Assembly (NCBI RefSeq): GCF_006345805.1
Contig: NC_043010.1
Location: 12,524,001 to 12,588,000, forward strand
Length of the DNA stretch: 64,000 nt
Reading direction: 5' to 3'
Source of the DNA: Octopus sinensis
Taxonomy: Eukaryota
A program made the translations under genes and the position numbers. Shown piece after piece: positions 35,253 to 47,407 of this stretch. The notes beneath the pieces were generated by a model, which saw only the letters and a list, made by a program, of their open reading frames with translations, searched no databases and had not been told where the DNA came from. Numbering within the stretch: the stretch's first letter is position 1; each line of letters begins with the position of its first letter.

Positions 35253-36859
35253 GGTATTGATCCCTTTTTGTTTCTGAAGAAAATTTGCCTTCTATGAAGT
35301 TGTAAGCCAGTCACTGGTCATATGTCTGAGTATGACAAATAGAGCCGGGGTAGAGTCATGATTGCAAGAGGTAACAAGTTTCTTTTGCAGTCTTGTGAAT
35401 CCTGGTTCAATCTCACTGCACAGCAATTTGAGGGATTGAATAATTTCACCAAAGCCTTGAATTGGCTGATGGCTTGTATGGGCAAAATGGTTGACAGAAA
35501 CTAAGCATTATGGGTGTGTGGTAAGAGGCTTACTTCCCAACCACAAGGTCCTGGGTTCAGTTTCACTGGATGGAACCTTAGGCTAGTGTCTTCTACTGTC
35601 ATTCATAACCAAAGGGAGTCTTTTATATATATGACTATATATTTATGGTCTGTATGTATGTATATGTATATGTGGCGGTGCATCAGCATGGCCACAGCTC
35701 TGAGCTGAAACTAGAGAGAAAGATATATATATATTTATTCTACCAATTATATACGTTTTTATTATTTTTTTGCAATTTACTTAATCATCGGTATTTTATT
35801 GTTATTTTAATTTTAATATTTCGATTATATGTAATTTTCTAGATGGTGTAATTTAATTGTTCATTTTGAATTGATAAAAGGTGGGTTTTTCTAATTTTTT
35901 ATATATATATATATATATATATTATATTGTGTGAAATTTGATTTAGTATTTCTAAATTGAATTTTTCCCTGTAAGTTAGGATTAATATTCCCTCAAATAA
36001 TTATTATATATATATATATATATATATACATACACACAAATTAAAATCCAGAAAATGGAGGAGTAGTGTTAATATAATGTATTATCTGCAAAAATTCCCC
36101 AACAGCTGTTTGAGTTGTTTTGGAAAAATAACATGTAATAACCTAACAATAATTCTTTTTTACTCCTCTGACCAGATTTTGCCCAATAAAATGTTTTAAT
36201 TACTAAAATTTAATTTTTGGGGGCAAAATCGAAACAGTTGTAAGTGAACATACTGAAGTTTTGCAGTCAATAAATTATATTAACGCTACCTCTCCGTTTT
36301 CTGGATTTTAATTTGAATGTTTTATAAACCAAGATTTATACTTAAACCTATTATCTTAGGAGTATTACTAACAGAATAATAGGTAACAAACCAGTAATTC
36401 ACTAGATATTTTCTGTTCATTAAGGTGATTATTTTAACCTCTATTTGAATATATATATATATAAATTTATAAATAAGGATAATGTCGATATTTAAATATC
36501 GATATTATCAAGTGACCAAGAGTCAGGGATTTGACTACTATTTTGGCATGGTGGTGTCTCTCAGACACCCTTATTTTTAGTTATTTTTAGTTATATACAT
36601 ATATATATATATAATATATATTACTCAAAAGAATTCCAACTCTCTGTTTTACACATGTTACTTATATTCTTATAATATTAATATAAGATATAAAATATTA
36701 TAGTAAAAAGAAATGAAATGAAGTATTAATTGTCTATTCTTACTGAACAAATGAAATATTAAATCAGAAATATTAAATTTCTAAATATCTCATAGAGATA
36801 TGTACGGTGGTGGGGCGATAGAATGGTTGTATACTGTCAACTTAACGTAACAGTAGGGG

Positions 36860-37072
36860 ATTACACCACCGCTGTTTAGCCCTAGGAAGCATCGACGCTT
36901 CTTGTCGGCTTTGACACATTTCCTGTGTCCTCATATATTTACGAAGAGGAGACAGGCCTAGCTGTTGGGGGTATTTGTCTCCCCTTTGTAAATATATAAG
37001 GACACACAGGAAATGTGTCAAAGCCGACAAGAAGCGTCGATGCTTCCTAGGGCTAAACAGCGGTGGTGTAAT
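36860..37072. repeat. Foldback with perfect 69-bp outer arms
   Basis: 36860-36928 is the exact reverse complement of 37004-37072; imperfect pairing extends ~25 bp inward. Confidence 0.95.
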
Positions 37073-37466
37073 ACAACCACTCGAAATATTAAATGTCCAT
37101 TCTTATTGAAATAGTATACTTTCTTGCATTTATGCAATCTTCAGATTCATATGGTGGTGGTGTCAGTTTTGTTCATTAGTTTCAACTGTGGTTGACTGGT
37201 TAAATTTTGTCCTTAATATACATTCCTGTGGACAGAAGTAGTAGTTGCCTGGCTAGTTTTAGAAATGATGCCATACCATTTTTCAATGTTTATTTTCAGA
37301 AATGATGACAGCAGTACTTTTTAGAGATTTTTATTTTTTAGATATTGGGATAAGACTTTTAAACCTTAAATAAGATTATTTTTTTATCATTGTTTATTAA
37401 ATTTGGTTTTGAATTTATTAATAGAGTGCTTTTCTCTCAGTTTTCTCTTGATTTCATTCTGATTGT

Positions 37467-37704
37467 ATACTCTTTTACTCTTTTACTTGTTTCAGTCATT
37501 TGACTGCAGCCATGCTGGAGCACCACCTTTAGTCAAGCAATTCGACCCCAGGACTTATTCTTTGTAAGCTTAGTACTTATTCTATCGGTCTCTTTTGCTG
37601 CACCGTTAAGTGACGGGGACATAAACACACCAGCATCGGTTGTCAAGCAATGCTAGGGGGACAAACACAGACACACAAACATATAAACACACACATACTA
37701 ATAC

Positions 37705-37747
<43 letters not shown>

Positions 37748-37933
37748 TATAATATATATATATATATATGACAGGCTTCTTTTCAGTTTCCGTCTACCAA
37801 ATCCACTCACAAGGCTTTGGTCGGCCCGAGGCTATAGTAGAAGACACTTGCCCGAGGTGCCATGCAGTGGGACTGAACCCAGAACCATGTGGTTGGTAAG
37901 CAACCTACTTACCACTCAGCCACTCCTGCACCT
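37467..37933 (-). mobile_element. SINE family A, full length
   Basis: Head through tail. Confidence 0.9.
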
Positions 37934-38084
37934 ATAAAATATTATAAATATTTTCCGGCCACATGCTGCTAGAAGGTTACTCAGCAGTATTTGGCAGACT
38001 TCTGGGTTTTTAATTTGTTGTCGGTGCACACGTGAGCGTTCTGATAGTGCATTGCATATATATTTATATGTGGCATGTATAAAA

Positions 38085-38316
38085 GGATTCGAGTGAGGTC
38101 ATTGCCAGTACCGCCTGACTGGCCCCCATGCCGGTGGCACGTAAAAGCACCCACTACACTCTCGGAGTGGTTGGCATTAGGAAAGGCATCCAGCTGTAGA
38201 AACTCTGCCAAATCAAGACTGGAGCCTGGTGCAGCCATCCGATTCGCCAGCCCTTCAGTCAAAATCGTCCAACCCATGCTAGCATGGAAAGCGGACGATA
38301 AACGATGATGATGATG

Positions 38317-38322
<6 letters not shown>
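38085..38322 (+). mobile_element. Repeat family D
   Basis: GTGGCACGTAAAAGCACC..GGCATCCAGCTGTAGAAACTCTGCC..GGACGATAAACGATGATG. Confidence 0.8.
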
Positions 38323-38353
<31 letters not shown>

Positions 38354-38632
38354 CACATATGTATATTTGTGTATATAAACATAGAATTTTATTTTCATTA
38401 ATGTATAATGTACATAAAAACAAAGAATGAAAACATCAGCAAGAACGTAAAAGAGAAAACTTTGTTCCCAGCAAATGAAGTCGTTTGTTGATCTATTGTT
38501 CTGGACCAAGTCATATAGACAAACCCTTGCTACACTTGACATCAAAAATGCCATGAATCAGCAATTGGCCTACTGGAAACTTGTAACTAATGAAGCTATT
38601 GTTCACTGTGATATAAAATAAAATAAAAATCA

Positions 38633-39572
38633 AACAAGAGCACTCAAAGAGCGCAAACTTCTGCCAAGACAACACCAACGTCCTCTCAACGATTAGTCAG
38701 AGATGGTTTTTAAAATGAGAATATCTGAAATAAACTCGACTGCTTTCACAAATGAGAATAATAAAAATGAACCTAACCACTCTCAAAAATTAAGTAAAAA
38801 AGAAACAGGAAATTAATCCAGAATCCTTATCCAGTACCGGATCAATCCCCAAATCTAATCAGTTCATGCCAGTCATGAGGCCAAATAACCTTGAAAGTTT
38901 CATCCGAATCCATCAAGCGGTTCTTGAGATATCTTGTCCCCGGACAAACAAACAAGCCAACAAATGCAACTAAAAATAATACCTCTGCCTTTGCTAAGGC
39001 GGAGGTAACAAGAGCACCCAGAGAGTGCAAACCTCTGCCAAGGCAACACCAACATCCTCTCAATGATTAGCCAGAGATGATTTTTTAAATGAGAATATCT
39101 GAATAAACTCGACTGCTCTCACAAATGAGAATACTAAAAATGAACTCAACAGCTCTTAAAAATAAATTAAAAAAAAAAAACGAAAGATAATCTAGAATCC
39201 TTATCCGGTACCAGATCAATCCCCAAATTTAATCAGTTTGTGCCAGTCACGATGCCAAACATCCCTGAAAGCTTCATCCGAATCCATCAAGCGGTTCTTG
39301 AGATATCTTGTCTATGGACAAACAAACAACCAAACAAACACAACTGAAATGAACCCAACATCATCATCATCATCATCGTTTAACGTCCGTTCTCCATGCT
39401 AGCATGGGTTGGATGGTTCGATCGGGGATCTGGGAAGCCAGAAGGCTATGATTTTTTAAATGAAAATATCTGAAATAAACTTGACTTCTCTCACAAACGG
39501 GAATACTAAAAATGAACCCAAACAAACAAAGACGACTGAAAGCAATACCTCCACTTTCACTAGGGTGGAGGT
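38633..39572 (+). mobile_element. Head-to-tail tandem of a hairpin-terminated non-autonomous element (Helentron/HINE-like)
   Basis: Units start AACAAGAGCAC at 38633 and 39007; terminal hairpins ACCTCTGCCTT-TGCT-AAGGCGGAGGT (38981-39006) and ACCTCCAC..GTGGAGGT (39547-39572); class is inferred. Confidence 0.6.
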
Positions 39573-40634
39573 CATAATTTCCAAGTTGGATTTAAAAAAT
39601 AATATTTTATTATTTTTTAAACTTCTATTTCCTACTTGTTTAATCCTTTGGACTATGTTGAAGGGTTTAGTCAAATAAGCTGACACCAGTACTTGCTTTT
39701 AAGCCTGGTAACATAGTCCATTGATACCTTTTTGCTGAACCACTAAGTTATGGGGATGTAAACAAACCAGCACTAGTTGTCAAGTAGGAGTGGAGAACAA
39801 GTGCAAATACAGATTATGCACATACACACACATACACACACACACACACAAGTATATATCACGTAATTGCATGACTGACCAGGTTATCAGATGTTGTTAC
39901 ACATTGCTGATCACAATGCACTTTTTGCATTGTTTTAGCCTTCAAATGACACCACTCCACTGGCTAGGTGAGCAGGCCAACGTTCCCCACCCGATCGAAA
40001 GGATGCAACATGAAATGAAGTGTTTTACTCAAGAAAACAACACCCCACACAGTCAGGGACTCAAACTCATGCTCTGGCAATCATGAGGGCAACAGCCTAA
40101 CCACTAGGCCACATACCTTCACATGTGTGTGTGTGTGTGTGTGTGCGTGTGTGTGTGTGTAATGTATTAGTCAGAGTGGTGTCCTTATCTTGGTTGTTGC
40201 TTTCACTATGTCTCAGTTGTTGTACACTCCAGCCTTCTTCAGGTATTTTGCAGTTCACCTTAGTGCTATGCCCATAGGTAGTGCCAGAGTGAATTTTTAA
40301 GGCTTATAAGCCCCCGTTAATGTCTAACATTGGCTTCACACTGATTCGATGATACAATTGTATATTTCTGAAATGAGGAATTTTTATATTAGTTGTTAGT
40401 CAAAGTGGTGTCTTCATCTTGATTGTTGCTTGCGCTACATTTTGGGTGTGTATTCTCCAGCACTCTTCAGGTGTCTGAGATGAATCCAGGGCAAGACACT
40501 GAGGTAAATCACAAGACACCGGAAGAAGGCTGGACCACTCACAGCCAAAATGTAAAGAAAACAACAATTAAGATGGGGATGGGGACACTGCTCCAAATGA
40601 TACACAATATAAATTCCACATTGCAGAAATATAG

Positions 40635-40690
<56 letters not shown>

Positions 40691-40836
40691 ATAAAAATGG
40701 TAAGACAACAAAAGAATGAAAGAGACCTCGATATTATGTAAATAGAGGAATTCATCAGTAAATGTAATATGTGACAATTATTCGGTAGCCAAGATAAAAC
40801 TCTGAGTTTCGGATTTTCCATAGCATTTTTCCGATG

Positions 40837-40906
40837 GCCAGATAACTGAAGAGATGATGGTGTGGATTTTCACCTCGACATCCGAAACTCAGAGTTTTAT
40901 CATGGC
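40837..40906 (+). ncRNA. Type I hammerhead ribozyme motif with intact core
   Basis: GCCA-GAUAA CUGAAGA GAUG..GGUG/CACC..CAUC(C) GAAA CU-CAG-AG UU UUAUC-A-UGGC. Confidence 0.7.
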
Positions 40907-40974
40907 TACTGAATAATTGTCACATATTACTTTTACAGATGTATGTATGTATGTATATATATATATATATATAT

Positions 40975-41295
40975 TAAGACCCCTTTTGGTCATGAATGAC
41001 CATGGGCTTGCTCCAAAAAATTTCCCTTCGGAAGCAGAAGTCCAGGCAAGGTTGTTTATGGAAGTTCAACAGTCACCCATGCATACCAGCTTCCCCTCTG
41101 CATGCCACCAATGTTATCCAAGGGAAAAGCAAAGGGGCCGATACAGCTTGGCACAATTGATGTCACAACTCATTTCTACAGCTGAGTGAACTAGAGCAAC
41201 ATGAAATAAAGTGTCTTGCTCAAGAACACAACACACAGCCTGGTCTGGGAATTGAACTCATTAGTTCATGGTTGTGAGCCCAACACTCTATCTGA
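40975..41295 (-). mobile_element. SINE family F
   Basis: TTGAGCAAGACACTTTATTTCATGTTGCTC.AGTTCACTCAGCTGTAGAAATGAG core; related fragments near 300-350, 6430-6560, 26510-26700, 40000-40120 and 56130-56250. Confidence 0.7.
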
Positions 41296-41837
41296 AACAC
41301 GTTTCTTTCAGCTTCCATTTATCAAATCCATTCACAATGCCTTGTTTGGCTGGGGCTTTAGTAGAAGGCGCTGTCCAAGGTACCACTGGGACTGAACTCA
41401 AGACCACATGGTTCAGAAAAAAGCTTCTTACAATATCACCATGCATGAAATTATACCAGATGTGCCTCAGTTTGTTTTATAAGCATTTGCATTGCTCTGA
41501 ATACAAATCTTGCTTACATCTGTCTTTTAGACATCATGACTATGTATTTCTGTAAAAAATTAGAAACTAGCTTTTCTAATGCCAAATTATATTCAAACCA
41601 ATGATTGTTGACAGTAATGGTGCTGCTGATGGGAAGGGAATTATTTGGGGACACCTTCTGATTGTAAAACAAATAGTTAAGTTAATGTCAACATACTTAA
41701 TTTTGTGAGACCAAATATTTTAATGCATTAAAATTGCACTGAAAAAGGAGAAGGACAACAAAAAAATCATTAGTTTAATATTAATTCTTGTCAAAAATAG
41801 CAAGGGAGACAACCTTGAAAATTTAATAATGAAAAGA

Positions 41838-41879
<42 letters not shown>

Positions 41880-41881
<2 letters not shown>

Positions 41882-42240
41882 AAAAAATGCTTTCTAATTG
41901 ATGTATCATTACCGGCAGATGACAACATGTCTCTAAAAGAAATGGAGAAACTTTCAAAATACAAAGACCTTGAAATAGAGGTAACCAGAATGTGGAATCC
42001 AAAAACAGAAACAATTCCTATTATAGTAGGTGCATTAGGCATGATAAAAAAATATTCAGGACTTATAAACACATATAACATACAGAAAATTGCACTACTA
42101 GGCACTGCACACATCCTACGCAGAACACTTTCCATACAATAACCATCAGAGCATCACAACAAATCATAGCACATACCTAAGGCACACAGAGCTGCGCTCA
42201 GTAGTGAAGTGAAAGCACGCTATAAAAATAAAACTACTGA
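41880..42240 (+). mobile_element. R4/Dong-clade LINE 3' fragment in a (TAA)n tract
   Basis: KCFLIDVSLPADDNMSLKEMEKLSKYKDLEIEVTRMWNPKTETIPIIVGALG is a restriction-like endonuclease C-terminus; (TAA)n on both sides. Confidence 0.8.
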
Positions 42241-42257
42241 ATAATAATAATAATAAT

Positions 42258-42323
<66 letters not shown>

Positions 42324-43162
42324 GCAGGTAGGAATAAGCAAAACGAAAATAAGAACCAGAGATTATACAATTTTATCTTAAATCATTTATTTGTGTTGTT
42401 TCATCCAACAGGCTTCAGACATAGGGGGAAATGGATCAATCCATTCATGTCCAACCAGTCATGTTCATCTGATTGTTTATTAAAAATCTAACAGGAGTGT
42501 ATATTGTGGAATGGTTTTGATCTCTAGAAATTACAATGCAGACTTAGAACTGTGTGTCTGCATAGTGGACCTCCTTACCCTATAGTCATAGCTCAAACTG
42601 TTTACTGTACTTAGTATGGAAAAATTAAATCAATGACAATAAATTAAATTTTGAACATAATCAAATTATTGGCTTTAGAACATTGTGTAAGATAGTCATC
42701 GCCTCCTTTTTCGCTCTCCCCACAACTCCCTCACACGCTCTCTCTTTCTCGCCTCCACTTTTTCCCTCTCTCCCTTTATCTCTCTGTCTCTCCTTTCTAT
42801 CTCTTAATAACCATCTACAGAAGCAACTCCTTACAACTTAATTCATAATTTTTTTTCACTTTCCAGATGTAGCCTTTTCACTTGGGAGCTGAGTTCATGA
42901 GCCAGTGTAACACACACACACACACACACATATGTATACATATATACCTAAGCATTTATATATATATACATGCATGTGTATGTGTGTGTGTGTATGTGTG
43001 TGTGTGTGTATGTTTGTCTATGTGTCTGTCTGTTTGTCTATCTGTTTGTCTCTATGTGTGTGTGTGGACGTATGTGTGGACAGACAAACAAGCAGACAAA
43101 TAGATTGATAGACAGACAGACAGACGGACAGACAGACAGATAGATAGATAGATAGATAGATC

Positions 43163-43200
<38 letters not shown>

Positions 43201-44375
43201 TAGACAGACAGACAAACAGATAGATAGATAGATACAAAATGATATACTGTCCTACTTTTGCAAATTTTGATATCTTTATTAGTTACAGTTTATTTTGTTT
43301 TCTTTTTTAAATGCATGTTATTTACTTAAATTTCTATTTTTCATTTTCATTATTTTACGTTTTCCTGCAAAATAAAAAAGAAAAAAAAAAAAAGAAAACA
43401 CTTTGTAGCACAAACATTAAATTTCCTACTGAAAATGAACAAAAAGAAAAGAACAAAGCTGGCTATTTGTAATTTTCTTAGCACACCAAACCTTTTATTA
43501 ATTTTCCCCTGGAATCTATTATTTTAATTATCTTAATAAGATTTAACATAATATCTAATTTAAACATTGTCCCTCGGTGGCAGTGGTGTAGATTTCTTGT
43601 TCTAAAATATTTTAAATATGAATAATCCACTAAGAAAGACAATTAAGTTAAAAATCAATAAATTTAGGTACAAGATAAACACTTTAAGACAAAAAGAGCC
43701 TGACAATCAAACAAAGCAAATTGCAAATTGTCGTTGACAAAAGCAAGCCAACACTTGCTGAATAAGTTATTAGACAAACAGTTATTTCCCTTTGATTTCT
43801 TCAATTAAATTTTCAAATTTTTCAAAGAAACTAAAGAATATAGTAAGAGAATGAAGAAACAGTATTTCTTAATAGCAATTACCAAACAGCTCTTCACAAA
43901 GGTTCTTTTCAGCAAAGAAAAATCTACTAAAATGACTGGAAACATTAACAGTTTCTTTTTTGTATTTTCTTTTTCAATTAAAGGTTATCTTTATAACGGC
44001 ATATTTATTACATTTTTTAAAACTTCTTTAGGTTTAATTTCAGTTTTAAATAATCAGAGACTGTTAGTATTTATCTCGAAAGAACAATGAGATTCTCAAG
44101 GGAGAAAACTAGGTGAAAGACTCGAGCTAAAAGAATTTTTATCCAAGAATAATTAGATAAGCCAGTCTTTTTTTCATATTTCTTCTTAGTCTTCCATTTT
44201 TGTTTGTTTTTGAAGAGTTTAATCTTTAAAGATAGTTGTCATTTATTTATTTATTTTTCTTTGTCTCTTAATTCTTCTTGGCTTTGGTGCTCAGCTTTTG
44301 TTTTTTAAGAAGCAAGTTGTTTATTTACGACATTTTTTTTTTATTAATTATTCATTAGTTTTTATCTTTTTGTTT

Positions 44376-44410
<35 letters not shown>

Positions 44411-45269
44411 AGTAGTCGAAACTGTTTGTGGCAAACGACCATCCACAATCTGGCAAATTGCTTTTAGCTTTATGATTTATTTATGTAAATTTCCCAAAAA
44501 AGAGTCTGATTTGCCTTTCAGTTTTTTGTATTTCTTTCAGTTTTTATTCCAAACTTCAAATAAAGGCTTCACTTTTTTCTTACCATTTCTAATTCCTCAT
44601 CACCATCACCATCACCATCACCATAACAATCAAACTCAACAGAAAGAAATGTCTCAATCTGATACTTTTTACTTAGTTTTCTTAACCAACATATAGAAAA
44701 AAAAACCCCAAAAAAACAACAACAACATTGAAGTTAAGTTAATGAATTAAGTGAACGCAATGTAGAACAATGTTCTTTCTGGAACAACTCCAACCATTTC
44801 TAATACAACCTTATTCATCTATAAGAGGTTACATTGATTTCTCTATTGTCCATTTTCAATAGACTCCTTTCCTCTCCTGCTCCTTTGAATTATTGTTTTG
44901 ATGGCCATAATCTGGAGAGCTTTCTTGTATGTTATGTCTCAACTAGCAACCACAGCCCCTTACTCAAGCTCCCATCACTAACCGTCTAGTCAGTAACAAA
45001 AAGTAGAAATGAAAAAAAAAATGACATCTTTACAGTTAGCTTTTCAAAGAATGACTGGGAAATTGAAATATCTAAAGTGTTCTCTTAATGGCTCTTTTTA
45101 TATTAAGACATAAAAGATAGGTCAAATGCAATTATTGTGGCATCTTGGTAAAGTATTTTCAGTCATTTAAAACACACACTCGCCTATATTCAATTCTTTA
45201 TACCTTTCTTGTAGATCGGTCTTTTATTCTACGCTTTAATAATTTTTTTTTGTGTGTCTTTTATTTTCA

Positions 45270-45460
45270 TATTATTATTATTATCATTATTATTATCATC
45301 ATTATTATTATTATTATCATCATTATATATGAACCCCACCACACACTTTATGGCTGTCTTTTTTTTTTGTATTGTCTCCCTCATCTGGTAAATAAAAGAA
45401 ATCATCATCATCATCATCATCATCATCACCACCACCACCACCATTATCATCAGCATCACC

Positions 45461-45494
<34 letters not shown>

Positions 45495-45523
45495 CCACCA
45501 TTATCATCATCATCATCACCATT

Positions 45524-45562
<39 letters not shown>

Positions 45563-45616
45563 GTCATCGTCGTCATCGTCATCATCATCATCATCATTAT
45601 CACCATCATCATCACC

Positions 45617-45663
<47 letters not shown>

Positions 45664-45682
45664 TATCACCATCATCATCACC

Positions 45683-45740
<58 letters not shown>

Positions 45741-45780
45741 CCACCCCCACCATCATCTACATCAACAGCAACAACTTCGT
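45270..45780. repeat. (CAT/CAC)n microsatellite
   Basis: Direct reading. Confidence 0.95.
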
Positions 45781-45830
45781 TATTAGTTAGTTAAAGGAAT
45801 AAATGGAGCAACACACCTGCACACACACAC

Positions 45831-45876
<46 letters not shown>

Positions 45877-46414
45877 AGCTATACACCTGACCTTTGCAGG
45901 TTCTCCCAGACTGGTGAGGTCGGTGTGGTTAATGTTCAGCTTGAACTTCTATACAAACGGGTTCAAACAATGGACTTTCAGCTCCCATTCTGTGAGAGAA
46001 GAAGAGATATCAAATATTTCAAGCAGAACACTTTGTCGGAGACAGATGAAATGTCAACTAGTGTTGAAAGATAAATAAATTTAGGAGTAGAGAAGGTGGT
46101 AGGAGGAGGAAGAGTTATCATAACTAACTTCTCTAGATTGATGTTTGGTGAAGAAATATAAGCACTGGGAGTTGGGCAGGGTTGGATTTTTTTTTGGGGG
46201 GGACACACACAATTCTGTGTAGGAATTATTGAAAATAGTTATTGTTTAGTCTTGGGTCAACCCTGACTGAACAGATCTATTGTTATCAGAGGCATTCCAG
46301 TGATGACCATCTCTGTCTATTCTATATCTGACTCTGACATAGTATATCTCAAATTACATCGACCAATATTTCCTGTAATTAAGGCAGTGAGATGGCAGAA
46401 TCATTAGTATGATT

Positions 46415-46840
46415 AGGCGCAGGAGTGGCTGTGTGGTAAGTAGCTTACTAACCAACCACATGGTTCCGGGTTCAGTCCCACTGCGTGGCATCTTGAGCAA
46501 GTGTCTTCTGCTATAGCCCCGGGCCGACCAATGCCTTGTGAGTGGATTTGGTAGACAGAAACTGAAAGAAGCCTGTCGTATATATGTATATATATATATA
46601 TATGTATATGTGTGTGTGTTTGTGTGTCTGTGTTTGTCCCCCTAGCATTGCTTGACAACCGATGCTGGTGTGTTTACGTCCCCATCACTTAGCGGTTCGG
46701 CAAAAGAGACCGATAAAATAAGCACTGAGCTTACAAAGAATAAGTCCCGGGGTCGATTTGCTCGACTAAAGGCAGTGCTCCAGCATGGCCGCAGTCAAAA
46801 TGACTGAAACAAGTAAAAGAGTAAAAGAGAGAGAGAGTAA
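46415..46840 (+). mobile_element. SINE family A nested in a SINE B head
   Basis: B head at 46381-46412 resumes at ~46841; AGTATG on both sides. Confidence 0.85.
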
Positions 46841-47186
46841 AGTATGCCAGGAAAAATGCTTAGCAACATTTCATCCATGTTTACGTTCTGAGTTCAAATC
46901 CTGCCAGGGTCAACTTTGCTTTTTATCTTTCCAAGATCAATAAAATGAATGTCAGTTGAGCACTGGGGTTGATGTAATTGATTTATCTTCTCTCAAGTCT
47001 TGCTGACCATGTACCAAAGTTTGGAACTGGTATTTACTGTAATCAAGGTGGTGAACCGATAGAATCATTAGTACACCAGGCAAAATGCTTCGCAGAATTG
47101 TATCCATCTTGATGTCCTGAGTTCAGATTCTTACAGAATGTGAACTGAAAAAAGACCTATTAACTTACTACAATAAACCAGTTTAA

Positions 47187-47407
47187 CCCTTTAGTATTCA
47201 ACCTGGCCATATTAGGCCCAAATATTCTGCCTGTTTTATTGTTCAAACTGACAAGATCAGGCCTTTCATACCTACCTTACAATGTTATTCTAAAAATATA
47301 CAATCACTTCACTGAAATCACAAAACTACAAATTAACGTATGATAAATTCAAAACAATGGGAATAAATAAGCAAGGCATTTGACAAAGTAATTTGAATGC
47401 TAAGGGA
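47187..47407. mobile_element. piggyBac-type MITE, best copy
   Basis: TTAA-CCCTTTAGTATTCA ... TGAATGCTAAGGGA-TTAA. Confidence 0.75.

Noticed and set aside
45145-45786. 213-aa poly-His ORF
   Set aside because: (CAT)n microsatellite
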